Positions 37,945-48,178 of a DNA stretch of 64,000 nucleotides are shown here, piece after piece. The notes under the pieces were generated by a model. The model was not told where the DNA came from and searched no databases. It saw nothing but the letters and a program-made list of their open reading frames with translations. The stretch's first letter is position 1. Every line of letters starts with the position of its first letter. Position numbers and translations under genes: made by a program. Origin of the DNA: Marsupella aquatica (Eukaryota > Plantae > Marchantiophyta); the NCBI GenBank assembly GCA_973895155.1, contig OZ316894.1, positions 25,356,709-25,420,708 on the forward strand. The letters are read 5' to 3'.

Positions 37945-38156
37945 TTTGTATTGTCGTTCTAGAAACCATTTGTAAACTCCTTATATACTGGTTATCATAT
38001 ATAAAGGATCTCAAAGATTTATTTCTCTATTATTATTATTCGCATGAGCATGTCTCTTGGTCCCGTCAAGTTGGATTGGTTAAAATGTGACGTTGCAGTC
38101 ATTTTCAGGGTTTCACGCGCAGCCACGCGTCATGTCGCCCCCTTTTTATTAAAATA

Positions 38157-38212
38157 ATAATATTTAGTGATTTTCAGAATTTCCAAAGTTCGGTTTTCCT
38201 TAAATTGGGGTT
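38157..38212 (-). repeat. Right terminal inverted repeat
   Basis: Reverse complement matches 17072-17130; followed by the CTAA TSD. Confidence 0.85.
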
Positions 38213-38790
38213 CTAAGTAACAACCACACCTCACCGCTACAGTGCCCGACAGCTGCGTACTTGCACTCGTACTCCACCACACAAATTGTCGACGTTGCCG
38301 CAAATTGTTGCGCAATACGACCCAAGAAGTGAATGAAGAAAATATTGAGAAAAACCATGAAGAAAGAAAAGAACATCAACGTTTTCTCGAGAAAATATCA
38401 ACCCAAGACCACGTAAGAGATCAAGCCGAGCACAAAGACTCCATAGCCAAAGAGATTAGGCTACAAATAGCAAAATGTAAAACGATATTGCTCCGCACTC
38501 GCCGGATGAAACATTGTGAAAATCTCACCAAGACGAAGTGCTCGCCGATGCGCACAATGAAACGCAAGATTGTCCACCTAACAGTACATTCAGAAAACTA
38601 GAGACACATCCGACACTTCTAATGTGAAGTTTCAATCGAAAAACCGTCACTCATTCTAAACGCGAAACCTCCAGCGCACAACGATCAGTGACACGATCAC
38701 ACAAATTGTTGAGAACAATCTGATCCGTCACCACGATTCAACACAAAGAATACTCTCACACCTGTCCAGGCAACCGAACGTCGAACACAA

Positions 38791-38803
38791 AGCTCTGATG
38801 CCA
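38791..38803 (-). promoter_or_regulatory. Primer binding site (tRNA-iMet type) of the copia element
   Basis: Minus strand TGGCATCAGAGCT, 2 nt after the 5' LTR; one mismatch to the canonical TGGTATCAGAGC. Confidence 0.85.
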
Positions 38804-38805
38804 CT

Positions 38806-39099
38806 TGTAGGAAAACTGTCAACTCCAGACTAGACAGCAATGCGGAACATGAGAGCACTCAATCTCATACTACACCAACAAGACACCACGATCATGGAGA
38901 AACTCCTAAAGAATCCATAGCTCATGAGATTGAACATGTGAAGAATGAGGGAGAGCATCTCCCTCCAACCTATACCCCCCAAGGGGGACTAAGATGTGTG
39001 GGCCTAAATAAATGAATCTTATCCTAAACTAACCAATGGTCAATTAACCCTAGTAAGGCCAAACTAACTATAGTCGAGAACTCGAGTCAATTCCTAACA
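38806..39099 (-). repeat. 5' LTR of the copia element (294 bp)
   Basis: Near-identical to 12283-12579; followed by the AACCC TSD. Confidence 0.95.
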
Positions 39100-39897
39100 A
39101 ACCCTAAATGCAGGTCTCATTATTCAAAGTAGCCTATAATACTGCATACTCAAGTTTCAAACTCAGGAGCTACTGAGCTATTCCTTGCTACAGAGCTACA
39201 TATATACTCATGTTACATGATTGTCAAACACAATTATATTAATTATTAGTCAGTGACCCCATGGGAAGTTCCTTCCAAAATCCCTAGTAGCACATGTAAC
39301 CACATCAAGGGTATTGGTCACAAACAAGAAAGACTAGCTATGCAACAAGAACCAAACCTAATGCTTCATGTTGGAGGCAAGGCAAAGAAAAATGGTTAGA
39401 CCCGGTAATTATAAAAACAATGGACAATTGAAGAGTAACATTTCAAATAAGCAAAGAACAAGGAAAAAATGGTTCTTTTGATACGTCTGCAACAATCAAT
39501 GAGAACAAATTTTTGGGCTATGCTTTTCTAGCAGCTTCAGCCTCTTGTTGTTGATTTGAACCATGTCTCGTGATGCATAAGCTACAATTAGTTGGCTACA
39601 TTCATAAGATTTAAACTTATTGGTTGTCTTGTTGCCCATAAGCTTTTGTTTGTCACAATGGACACTCCTTTGTCCATTTCCCCAGTTGATCGCAACCTCT
39701 GCCTTTGATCCATGTCATATGCAGCTTCGTCTAGCACCCATGCATTCACATGATGTTTCTCAAGTATGGCCTTCTCTTTGCCCTCCCCCTTCCCCTTTGC
39801 TGCCTTGGAATTATGGTCATCCAGTGTCATTGCAAATCTTGGACAGTTTTTCAGGACATTCCACTAGTTAATGTACATAAGACCCTTACCTTTTGGA

Positions 39898-40538
39898 TGT
39901 TTGACTTGATAGAGCTCCTTGGTCCTTGTCAATGTGTCCTCCTTGTTGGTACCAGAGTGACGAGAGTCATTGACGTTTGACTAGGCGCCATAAAACTTTG
40001 TTACATCATGCTTCAGCTTGCTCCATTTACTTTCTAGTGATCTTGTCTCTCTCCCGTGTGCTCCTTGGTCAATGGTCGTTGTGTGCTTGCCCACTCGATC
40101 CCAAACGGTGAGATTTCGCTATCCACCTCCAACAAGGGGATCTTGTTGAGCATAGACGACAATCGTAACGGCAAGCCCATGAACCATCCAACGCACAAGA
40201 GTCGACACAGAGAGATACGTGGTTCACCTCCACACGAGGCTACGTCCACGGGAACACACATGAGCTTTATTGCACTCTAGGCCGACCGGCCATACCAAGC
40301 ATCCACAGCGCAAGCTCTCTCTATCTCTCAACTAGTTCCGTAACAATGAACCTGAGTTCCTACTCTCCAAGCAAACAACGCTTGGTTATAGAGTGTGCAC
40401 AACATGACTAACCTAACCAAGTCTGCAACTAAGGTTAGCCTTAACTACGATACAGTCGTAACTCTAGCCCTAAGAGTAAATCCTAATAGATCTTGTGAAA
40501 TGTGCATCCAAGAATAATATAGTTGTTTCAACTCAACA
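39898..40538. mobile_element. Solo LTR (~290 bp) interrupted by a second solo LTR
   Basis: TGTTTGA...TCAACA ends, with TTGGA duplicated at 39893-39897 and 40539-40543. Confidence 0.65.
40144..40488. mobile_element. Solo LTR (345 bp), same family as 61078-61422
   Basis: TGTTGAG...CCTAATA ends with GATCT TSD (40139-40143 and 40489-40493); aligns with 61078-61422. Confidence 0.85.
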
Positions 40539-41046
40539 TTGGAGAAATTATGGCCTCTCGATTTGCCCTCTGTCTGCTATGTTATATATTAGAGCTGTCA
40601 AATACACAGTACTCTCAATAAAAGTGAGAAATGTCAAATGTGCTTTCGTCACGCGGAGCTTTTGTGCGTGACAGTGTCACACACGTAGATTGTGCTTTGG
40701 TGACAGTACATAGTACAACACTTGATTGTTGCAGTCTACCATGATTTTCATCATTCCTAATGCTTTGAAGACCATCCACCTCTCTCGCAATGGTGCCATT
40801 GTTGCCGTCCAGTGATTTTGGCGAGATTGTCGAGGGAGTTGCACCAATTCAAAACTCGCCGGAACTGGCGTGTGGGAGGAAAATTTTGGTGAGCCCAATC
40901 CTGTCATTCAGAATGCAGGGATCCGGAGGGGCATCAAAATAGTGTTTGGTGCGAACTAAGCACCAAAGTATGTCCGCGCCGGGCATTCCCATCAACCTGC
41001 GGAAATTCACTTATTTGTTAATGCCAAGCTTTGAGACGCCCTAATA

Positions 41047-41350
41047 CAGAGAAGGCCAAGGGCTCACACCACCAGAGAAGGCCAAGGGCTCACACCACCA
41101 GAGAAGGCCAAGGGTTCCCACCACCCTGCTGAAGTTACTTTATTTTGTTAAGGCCAAGCTTTGAGATGCCCTAATACTCTTACTCTGAAGTAGTGGTTTA
41201 ACCCAAAGATCTCCGAGATGATATTAGGTGACAAATTAGAGAACTCCACAAGGCTGAAGCGAAAGATCTCCGAGATGAAATTAGGTGAAAAATTAGAGAA
41301 CTCACAAGGCTGAACCGAAAGATCTCCGGGATGAAATTAGGTGAAAAATT
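41047..41350. repeat. Short tandem repeats upstream of DHODH
   Basis: 3x CAGAGAAGGCCAAGGG.TC.CACCAC (~26 bp) and 3x ~56-bp AAAGATCTCCG.GATGA.ATTAGGTGA.AAATT units. Confidence 0.8.
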
Positions 41351-41719
41351 GGAATGGTAGACATCCCGAGCAGGAAGCCAGCCGTGGAAGTGGGTGGTAT
41401 GTCCGATTTTATAACATGCTGGGAACACACTCAGATCGGGAGACGCGGGAGAATTTCGGCCGCGCCGAATTCGAAAGGGAGGCGGACGACAAGACTATCG
41501 ATGAATCGGGAAGTGTCCCACAGTACTGGACGAGCTTTGGATCGATCGAAGACGAGCGTCAGTCATTCGCTCTGGCTTCTTCCGTTGCCTCCAGGGATCG
41601 CTGCTCGTCTTGTGCCGCACCGCAGATGTGCGCTTTCGGGACAGTCGTTTAGGGGGTCCAGAAAACTGCTCTCAGCCGTAGGATCGAGAGAGAGACCGGG
41701 GCGAGAGAGAGATTGAAGC

Positions 41720-43120
41720 ATGGCATGGGCAGGGAACCGTGGACGACTTGTGTTTCGTGGGCTCCTGAATCGTTGTAGGCAGAATGAGAAGAGCAGAGAC
41801 GATGCCATCGAGCTGAGGAACCTTCACATGCAGCGATGTTTCTTGCATGCCAGCTCTGCGGAAAGTTTTCGGGTTGCAGTCCCTCCCAAAACTAAGCTGA
41901 CTTGGAGGCGACTCTTGACAGGAGCCTTTCTGGGATCAGTGATAGCAAGTGGAGCGTATGTGAGTACCAGGGATGAAGCAACGCTTAGCAGATGGGCTTT
42001 CGAAGGAATGAAACGCATCAATCCTCTGTTTGGGCTTCTGGACCCGGAAACTGCCCACCGTCTGGCAGTCTGGGCTGCCTCCAAAGGTCTTGTTCCCAAA
42101 GAGAATAGGCCTGACCCCGAGGTGTTATCAATTTCTGTATGGGGGCGAAACTTCTCGAATCCTATCGGACTGGCAGCTGGGTTCGACAAAGATGCCAAAG
42201 CAGTAGAGGGGTTACTCGGGATTGGATTTGGATTTGTGGAGGTGGGCTCTGTGACACCAGTTCCTCAAGAAGGTAATCCGAAGCCAAGGGTTTTTAGAAT
42301 AAGGGAGCATGATGCAATAATAAATCGTTATGGTTTCAACAGTGAAGGTATTATGGCCGTAGCTAAGCGTCTGGGAGCACAGAGTGGGAAGCTGAAGCTG
42401 GAGCAAAATGTGAGTGGAGGAAAGCCAACAGGTGGAAAGGCAGGCTCCGGAATTCTAGGTGTCAATCTCGGGAAGAACAAAACCAGCACGAATTCTTCGT
42501 CGGATTATGTTCAGGGGGTGCACTCACTGGCCCAGTACGCTGACTACTTAGTGATCAATGTTTCTTCTCCAAATACCCCAGGGTTGCGAATGCTCCAAGG
42601 TCGCAAGGAGTTGAAAAACCTCCTCAAAACGGTGCTGGCAGCACGAGACGAGATGCAGTGGGGCTCCGAGGGTCCCCCTCCCTTACTCGTGAAAATTGCT
42701 CCAGATTTATCTCGTGAGGATCTGACGGACATTGCCGCAGTTGCACTCTCAGGTGGTGTGGATGGCCTCGTAATATCAAACACAACAGTCTCTAGACCAC
42801 CTGCTGTTCAGGGTCTCCCCCACGCAGATGAATCTGGCGGGCTCAGTGGCAAACCGCTGCTGAAGATGTCGACAGACATTCTCAGGGAGATGTATCAACT
42901 CACAAGAGGGAGAGTTCCATTGGTGGGTGTGGGAGGAATTAGCAGTGGGCAAGATGCATACTCGAAAATTCGAGCTGGTGCGTCTTTGGTTCAACTTTAC
43001 ACTACCTTTGCATATGAGGGGCCAGCAGCCATACCTCGCTTAAAAGCTGAGTTGGCTGCCTGTCTAGAAGCTGACGGCTTTAAATCTGTAGCCGAGGCAG
43101 TTGGTGCAGATTTTCGGTAG
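41720..43120 (+). CDS. PYRD: Dihydroorotate dehydrogenase (quinone), class 2, mitochondrial; single-exon ORF of 466 aa
   Basis: NPIGLAAGFDK, GFVEVGSVTPVPQEGNPKPRVFR, INRYGFNS, NLGKNK, NVSSPNTPGLR, VKIAPDL, SNTT, GGLSG, GVGGI and VQLYT motifs; Arg-rich presequence followed by a hydrophobic segment. Confidence 0.96.
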   Translation: MAWAGNRGRLVFRGLLNRCRQNEKSRDDAIELRNLHMQRCFLHASSAESFRVAVPPKTKLTWRRLLTGAFLGSVIASGAYVSTRDEATLSRWAFEGMKRINPLFGLLDPETAHRLAVWAASKGLVPKENRPDPEVLSISVWGRNFSNPIGLAAGFDKDAKAVEGLLGIGFGFVEVGSVTPVPQEGNPKPRVFRIREHDAIINRYGFNSEGIMAVAKRLGAQSGKLKLEQNVSGGKPTGGKAGSGILGVNLGKNKTSTNSSSDYVQGVHSLAQYADYLVINVSSPNTPGLRMLQGRKELKNLLKTVLAARDEMQWGSEGPPPLLVKIAPDLSREDLTDIAAVALSGGVDGLVISNTTVSRPPAVQGLPHADESGGLSGKPLLKMSTDILREMYQLTRGRVPLVGVGGISSGQDAYSKIRAGASLVQLYTTFAYEGPAAIPRLKAELAACLEADGFKSVAEAVGADFR

Positions 43121-46100
43121 CTCTTGTCTTAGGACCAAGGTCTGTTTCTCTCTTCACATCAACAGCTTCGACGGGGAGACCTATGGGTTTAAGTTATGAA
43201 AGACAGGGGCATTGCTCTGTCTTCAGATTCGATTCATTCATTCATTACCTATAAATCTGTCACAAATTTTCTAGGCACTCTGAAGTTGCCTACTCACAGT
43301 CATGGGTCCTTCCTTCTGGTATGGCATGTATGGTTATTTGAGGACTCTCATTTGATATACGTAACCCTTCTTGTCGACCGTCAGTTCTTAGCATGATGCC
43401 TAGATTCCATCTTGAATAGATTATATATCGTAATTTATCGATGTAATCATCGTCAACATCTGCTTCCATTCATGTCGTGCATACACGCGTTGTGAACCCC
43501 GATTGTAGTGAAATTCACCCCTGCTGCGCCCCTCTCAGTCTGAGAAATCTTACACATGGCACGAAAGATACTAGAGTGGACCAACCTTGTATATGCTGAA
43601 CTTTTTGCAGCTGAGACGGGGTTTATATATCGTCTAAGTTTTTGCGGATTAGCTGGTCCCCTTTTCTTAGGAAAGGTGGTCCCCTTTTTTAGGAAAGCGC
43701 AAGGCTCAAAGTTTACCTGGTCCATCTGTGGGACCAGGTATCTATGAATTAGTTCGAATCGCCAATTGTGTGAACTGTGAAAAGAAGGATCCAATACTGA
43801 TTATAATGGATCCTCCGTTTCAAATCTTCTGTAGTGCCTTGTGAAGGTTGAATACCGAATAGTGTAGGAGGTCCTCCGGCCTTTAACAGAGTGCCACCTA
43901 GTCTAGTCTATGACGGGCCTATCAGTCTGGGCCTATAAGCGCAGGAATGGCTCAAGGGTGCTACCTGTAATACAAGATAGGACAGAAGGATACTCATGAG
44001 GTTGAATGAAATTTTACTTGATGGCTGTCATCGAGAACTAGAAGGACGTCTACCCTGCAGAACTTACAGAACTGGAGAAAAAGAGAGCAGATCTTTGGGA
44101 CCAATTGGAAGCAGCACAAGCGAAGGACGACGCTGGCGTGGATGCGATTTGTGAAGACGAGCAGGGTTCTGCATTAGAAAAACTGAGCCGTTTTCTTATG
44201 GAGGTGGACTCCGAAATTGCTGATGTGACCGGCAATGGAAGTTGAAGTCACAGAATTGGAAAACTGAAGGCATCCGGGGAAAGCATTATTACGTTCCGTT
44301 TCTGTTTCGTTTTCTTCACATTCTTGCAGAGAAGAAACAAGTGAGACCGTTGATGGAGGAGGCAAGCGCAGAAAAAAGATCGTGTACCATCTGGCCTGTT
44401 AGAAGGTGTTTCCCAACTAGGAACGTAGAGAAATTAGCTAGGTGACATCAATGAAATCATGAAATCAGGTTTGATCTAAATTACGCTACAACCTGGACTC
44501 CCTTGGACACTCCTCGGTTCTCTATTCAGGTTGTTCACCGTTGCACCCTACCTTCGGCTCAGAAGACCTTCATGTGTATGCTTCAGCTGTTGTGGACTCG
44601 AGCCCAGCCTACTGTAGCCCCTGATGATCGCATGGGCTTCGAAATCATTTCCTAAGGCATCTACCGTCTGCTTTCTTCAGTGAGAAATGAAATTGAAGCA
44701 CGGGCACTACAATCTTGACTGTACATATGCAAAGACTATCACATCCCGAATTGTGTCACTCTAATGACAGCTAACTCCATATTTATAAAAAACTCACATC
44801 CCAAATAATGTCAGCTACCTCTATAACTAGGAAAAATTTCAGATACATTACAGTACATGCACCTCTGTTTCAGAGAAATCCAGATAAGGTCAACACTATT
44901 TGCATCCTTTGCTCATTTTTGGCAGCAAACAAGAAAATGGACTCCAAAGGGAAGATTTCCAGAAGAGTGCATACTAGGGCAGACTACATTGAATGAGCCA
45001 TGGATACTGTAAGGAGTTGACGCCCAAAGAGATCCATATGACTGGAGGTTTGTTGCGGTCTTCACCATTATGGATGATTCAGACTATCTTTTGAGTGGGA
45101 ACATTTTTTAAGTCAATACATACAATTTTCGTACTTTGATTGAGTTCCAATCGACCCTTGCTTGTCTGTCAAGTTTCTTGGGAAGCTGATCCAAGTCTTT
45201 CAAAAATCAAAATGTTCAATTTCAGCATATCCCAACTTGACCATATTAATTCAGGTTTTACATGGGTGCTGACACTATTTAAGTCCTTACAGCAATTAAT
45301 GTTACACCCTCATATTGTGGGTGACACTAATTGCCCTCATGTCCAAAAGAACATTTGCTCCACAAATGGTATGGCCCCCACTGTACTCTGTACGTACTAC
45401 TATAGCTGGGTTAGTTGTAGGTCCTGAAGGCCCTGAGTGGGAAGGCAGCAGATTGCTATTCAACTTGTGTATAATTTGGGGTCTTAGCTTTGTATGAGAA
45501 AATAGTATCTTGCAATACAAGTATCCATTCTGAGTGGTGCATATTAGTGTATATGTGTTTGAAAAAAGTTTCAACACTTTTTGAGTATTGGAGAATTATC
45601 TCTCTGAAAAGTTTCAATCCAACAAAACTTTTCATGCTCTATTATTGTTTTTCATTTTAATAAGAAAAAAGGCACATGTAAAGTAGTTTAGGGATACATA
45701 TTTTTATTTTTGAAGTATTTTGAAGACTTGCAACAGGAAAAACATTTTTCTTTGTAATGACTAGCCTGAGTACCCCTTCCTTGAACATGAATAGAGATGA
45801 GCCCTCTTTGCACTCCCTCTTTGAGTTATGCTCGAGTCACTTAGAGTGTACCCGCACTTTCACTTATGCCCTCACTTAGAGTTAGGGTCTAGAGGCATCA
45901 CTCACAGTATACCTAGTGTTATTGTTAACTCTTAGATCTTGGGCTAACCTCTTTTAGTCTAATCAGCACTACGGACTTAGTGAGGATTAGATGCGACTAT
46001 AGTGCCTAGCATATAGGAGAGCAAGGAAATGCTACTTGTTGAGATGCGTGCTCATTGTTGAGTGAGCAAGCTAGGAGTTAGGCTGGCAATCTTGGAGTTT

Positions 46101-47266
46101 GTAATTGGAGGCTTGGTGTGACTATGGTGGCCAAAGTTTAATAAAGCTCCTGTATTCCTGATGAAGTAACCTTGACTAAAGAGAAACACGAATTCATGGT
46201 GTTGGTGTGATCTTGCTTACTGGTTTCTCTTGTGTGGTGTCACCAAAATTCTCTACGCCTAGGAAGTAACTTTCAAGCTCTTTACTAGCTAGACTAGCCT
46301 GACTATACCTGTTCTTTTGAACATAAATATAGGTGAGTAAAAAAAAACCCTGCCAGAAAAAAATTATAGACACTGTTTATGATCTGTCCCCCATTCCCTG
46401 CATCCCTAAGTTAAGTGATGCCCAAGAGCCTGATTACCCGTCCCTTGAACATATTTAAAGATCAAGGGAGAAACAAATCTTGGAGTATAAAGGATTCCAA
46501 TGGAATTTCTGTTCATCTTTGCCCCATCCCAATTTTCTCACTACTGAGGCACTCTCAATATAGTCAGAGTCTAGAGGCTGGCAGTTTGACGGACCTTAAC
46601 TCTCTAGTTATGGGTTATGGACACACGATTATGGACGCTTATATAGACAAAAAAAGTTATGGACAATAGAATTCATAGTCCATAACTTTTTGCCTTAAGA
46701 ATTGGTCTTATGCCATAACCATTAGTCACTCAAGAAGTTGGTGAAACAAAAAACAAAGAAACTTTCTACCATGGTTATAACCAAAAGTTAAGGTTATACT
46801 CTTAATTCCCCAGCTTTGAGACACACTAGTAGGGCGTCTCATATATAGCCTTTCGGGATATTTCAGCGCCCGGGAGTATCGGTGCCCGGAACTCCGGACA
46901 TGACTGGTCGGGCACCACAATTGGTGCCCGACCAGTCACGCCCGGGAAATTGCCACCGAAACCCCCGCCCGACCTTGTTTAACCCTGGTTAAACGTATAG
47001 GGTTTACAAACGATCCGCCGCGCAGAGTAGTCGTCGAGTCAGCGGCCTCGACCTCTTCACACTGCAGGAATTCGAATCAACCAAGCTCCGCGCACGTTCC
47101 AGCCGAGCATAGACTCACACATCGCTGCGTTGTCGGCTCCATCAGGGAGTGAATCAGGGCGCACGGCGTGAGAGGGCTGCTGTGCTTTACGGTGGCTTCA
47201 GATTGCGCTGATATTCCAAGGTAGTCCTTAATTTTTTCAGCAAAGAATGTTATTTGTATATGCATT

Positions 47267-47948
47267 GTCGTCATGGATCATTTGTTTGACGCTGCCATTC
47301 CAGGCAATGGGGGATTGGACTTCCCTTTCGCAGGTGGAGTACGCTAGACAATGTGGCAAAACCGAGTCATTTTCGCCCTCCCTAGTCTGGGCAGGGAACT
47401 ATGTGGCACGAAGCCCATTCCCAAGGAAGTTCACCTATTCAGCATGCACTGAGCCCATGGAGCCTGGCGTAGCTTGTAAGAGGTCCCTGGAATTTGGTCA
47501 CAAATGTGGGCATTCCGCCCCTGGAGAGCTCAAATTTCGATTCCAGTTGATTTTGTTTGATGCTGTTAACGGTGGGATCCCGCCACTGAAAGCTCTAATC
47601 TGGGATCAGGCAACTGTGCTTCTCAATATCCAGCCAAGGCCATTCAGCCTGTTAGATGAAGCTCAGCAATTAGTCATAGTCCAGAAGGTCTTGCAAAAAT
47701 GTCCTAAATTGCAAGTCTGGCTTTCAGTTAAGGACTTAGAGCTGCACATTGTACGCTTGGCATTTGTTCATGAAGGATGTACAAGCAGCCCTGGGGTTCA
47801 GTTAGGTAAAAGCATAGGCAACTCACCTAGCCAGGGTACACCAAAACGGTCTGAATTTCGGGAATGCACTCCCACGAAGCCTAAGAGTGCCAAAAAAATT
47901 CTGGCTGACTTGATAGAGGCTCTGAAAGATACTGACCTAGACGACTAG
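47267..47948 (+). CDS. RPA1 C-terminal-like OB-fold/Zn-ribbon protein carried by the Harbinger element
   Basis: FTYSAC...CKRSL...C...FRFQLILFD...ALIWDQATVLLNIQPRPF resembles the YxAC..CxK..C..YxLxxxxxD..FD pattern of RPA70 DBD-C. The start position is uncertain. Confidence 0.55.
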
Positions 47949-48178
47949 ATGGGATATCTTGTTTTCAATATGTACTCAGTCACAATTCTGAATTGTAAAG
48001 CACATTTGTGCCCGAATTGTTTAAGTGTCGTTGCATACAATTGAGTTATATATTGTTCAGCAAACGAAGAATATCTGCTTTCATTTAATTGCAGTGAATT
48101 TTGCATCAGGTTTAATGAGTATGACTGAACGTTCTGGCCCACATGTTGTACATTTTCCAGAACTCTGCTACCTCAGCT

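Larger units (their letters stand above)
17072..38212 (-). mobile_element. Giant (21,141 bp) TIR DNA transposon with Sola-like DDD transposase and cargo genes
   Basis: Termini AACCCCAATTTAAGGAA (17072-17088) and TTCCTTAAATTGGGGTT (38196-38212) are perfect 17-bp inverted repeats, with imperfect similarity out to ~60 bp. CTAA is duplicated at 17068-17071 and 38213-38216. The element separates the copia PBS from its gag start. Confidence 0.88.
12283..39099 (-). mobile_element. Ty1/copia LTR retrotransposon, decayed, interrupted by a 21-kb DNA transposon
   Basis: Two TG..CA LTRs (12283-12579 and 38806-39099), 5-bp TSD AACCC (12278-12282 and 39100-39104), PBS and PPT present, domain order gag-PR-IN-RT-RH. 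Confidence 0.95.

Noticed and set aside
45753-46244. Possible additional solo LTR (TGTAATGAC...GGTGTCACCA)
   Set aside because: It looks LTR-like, but I could not find a convincing TSD or exact 3' end.
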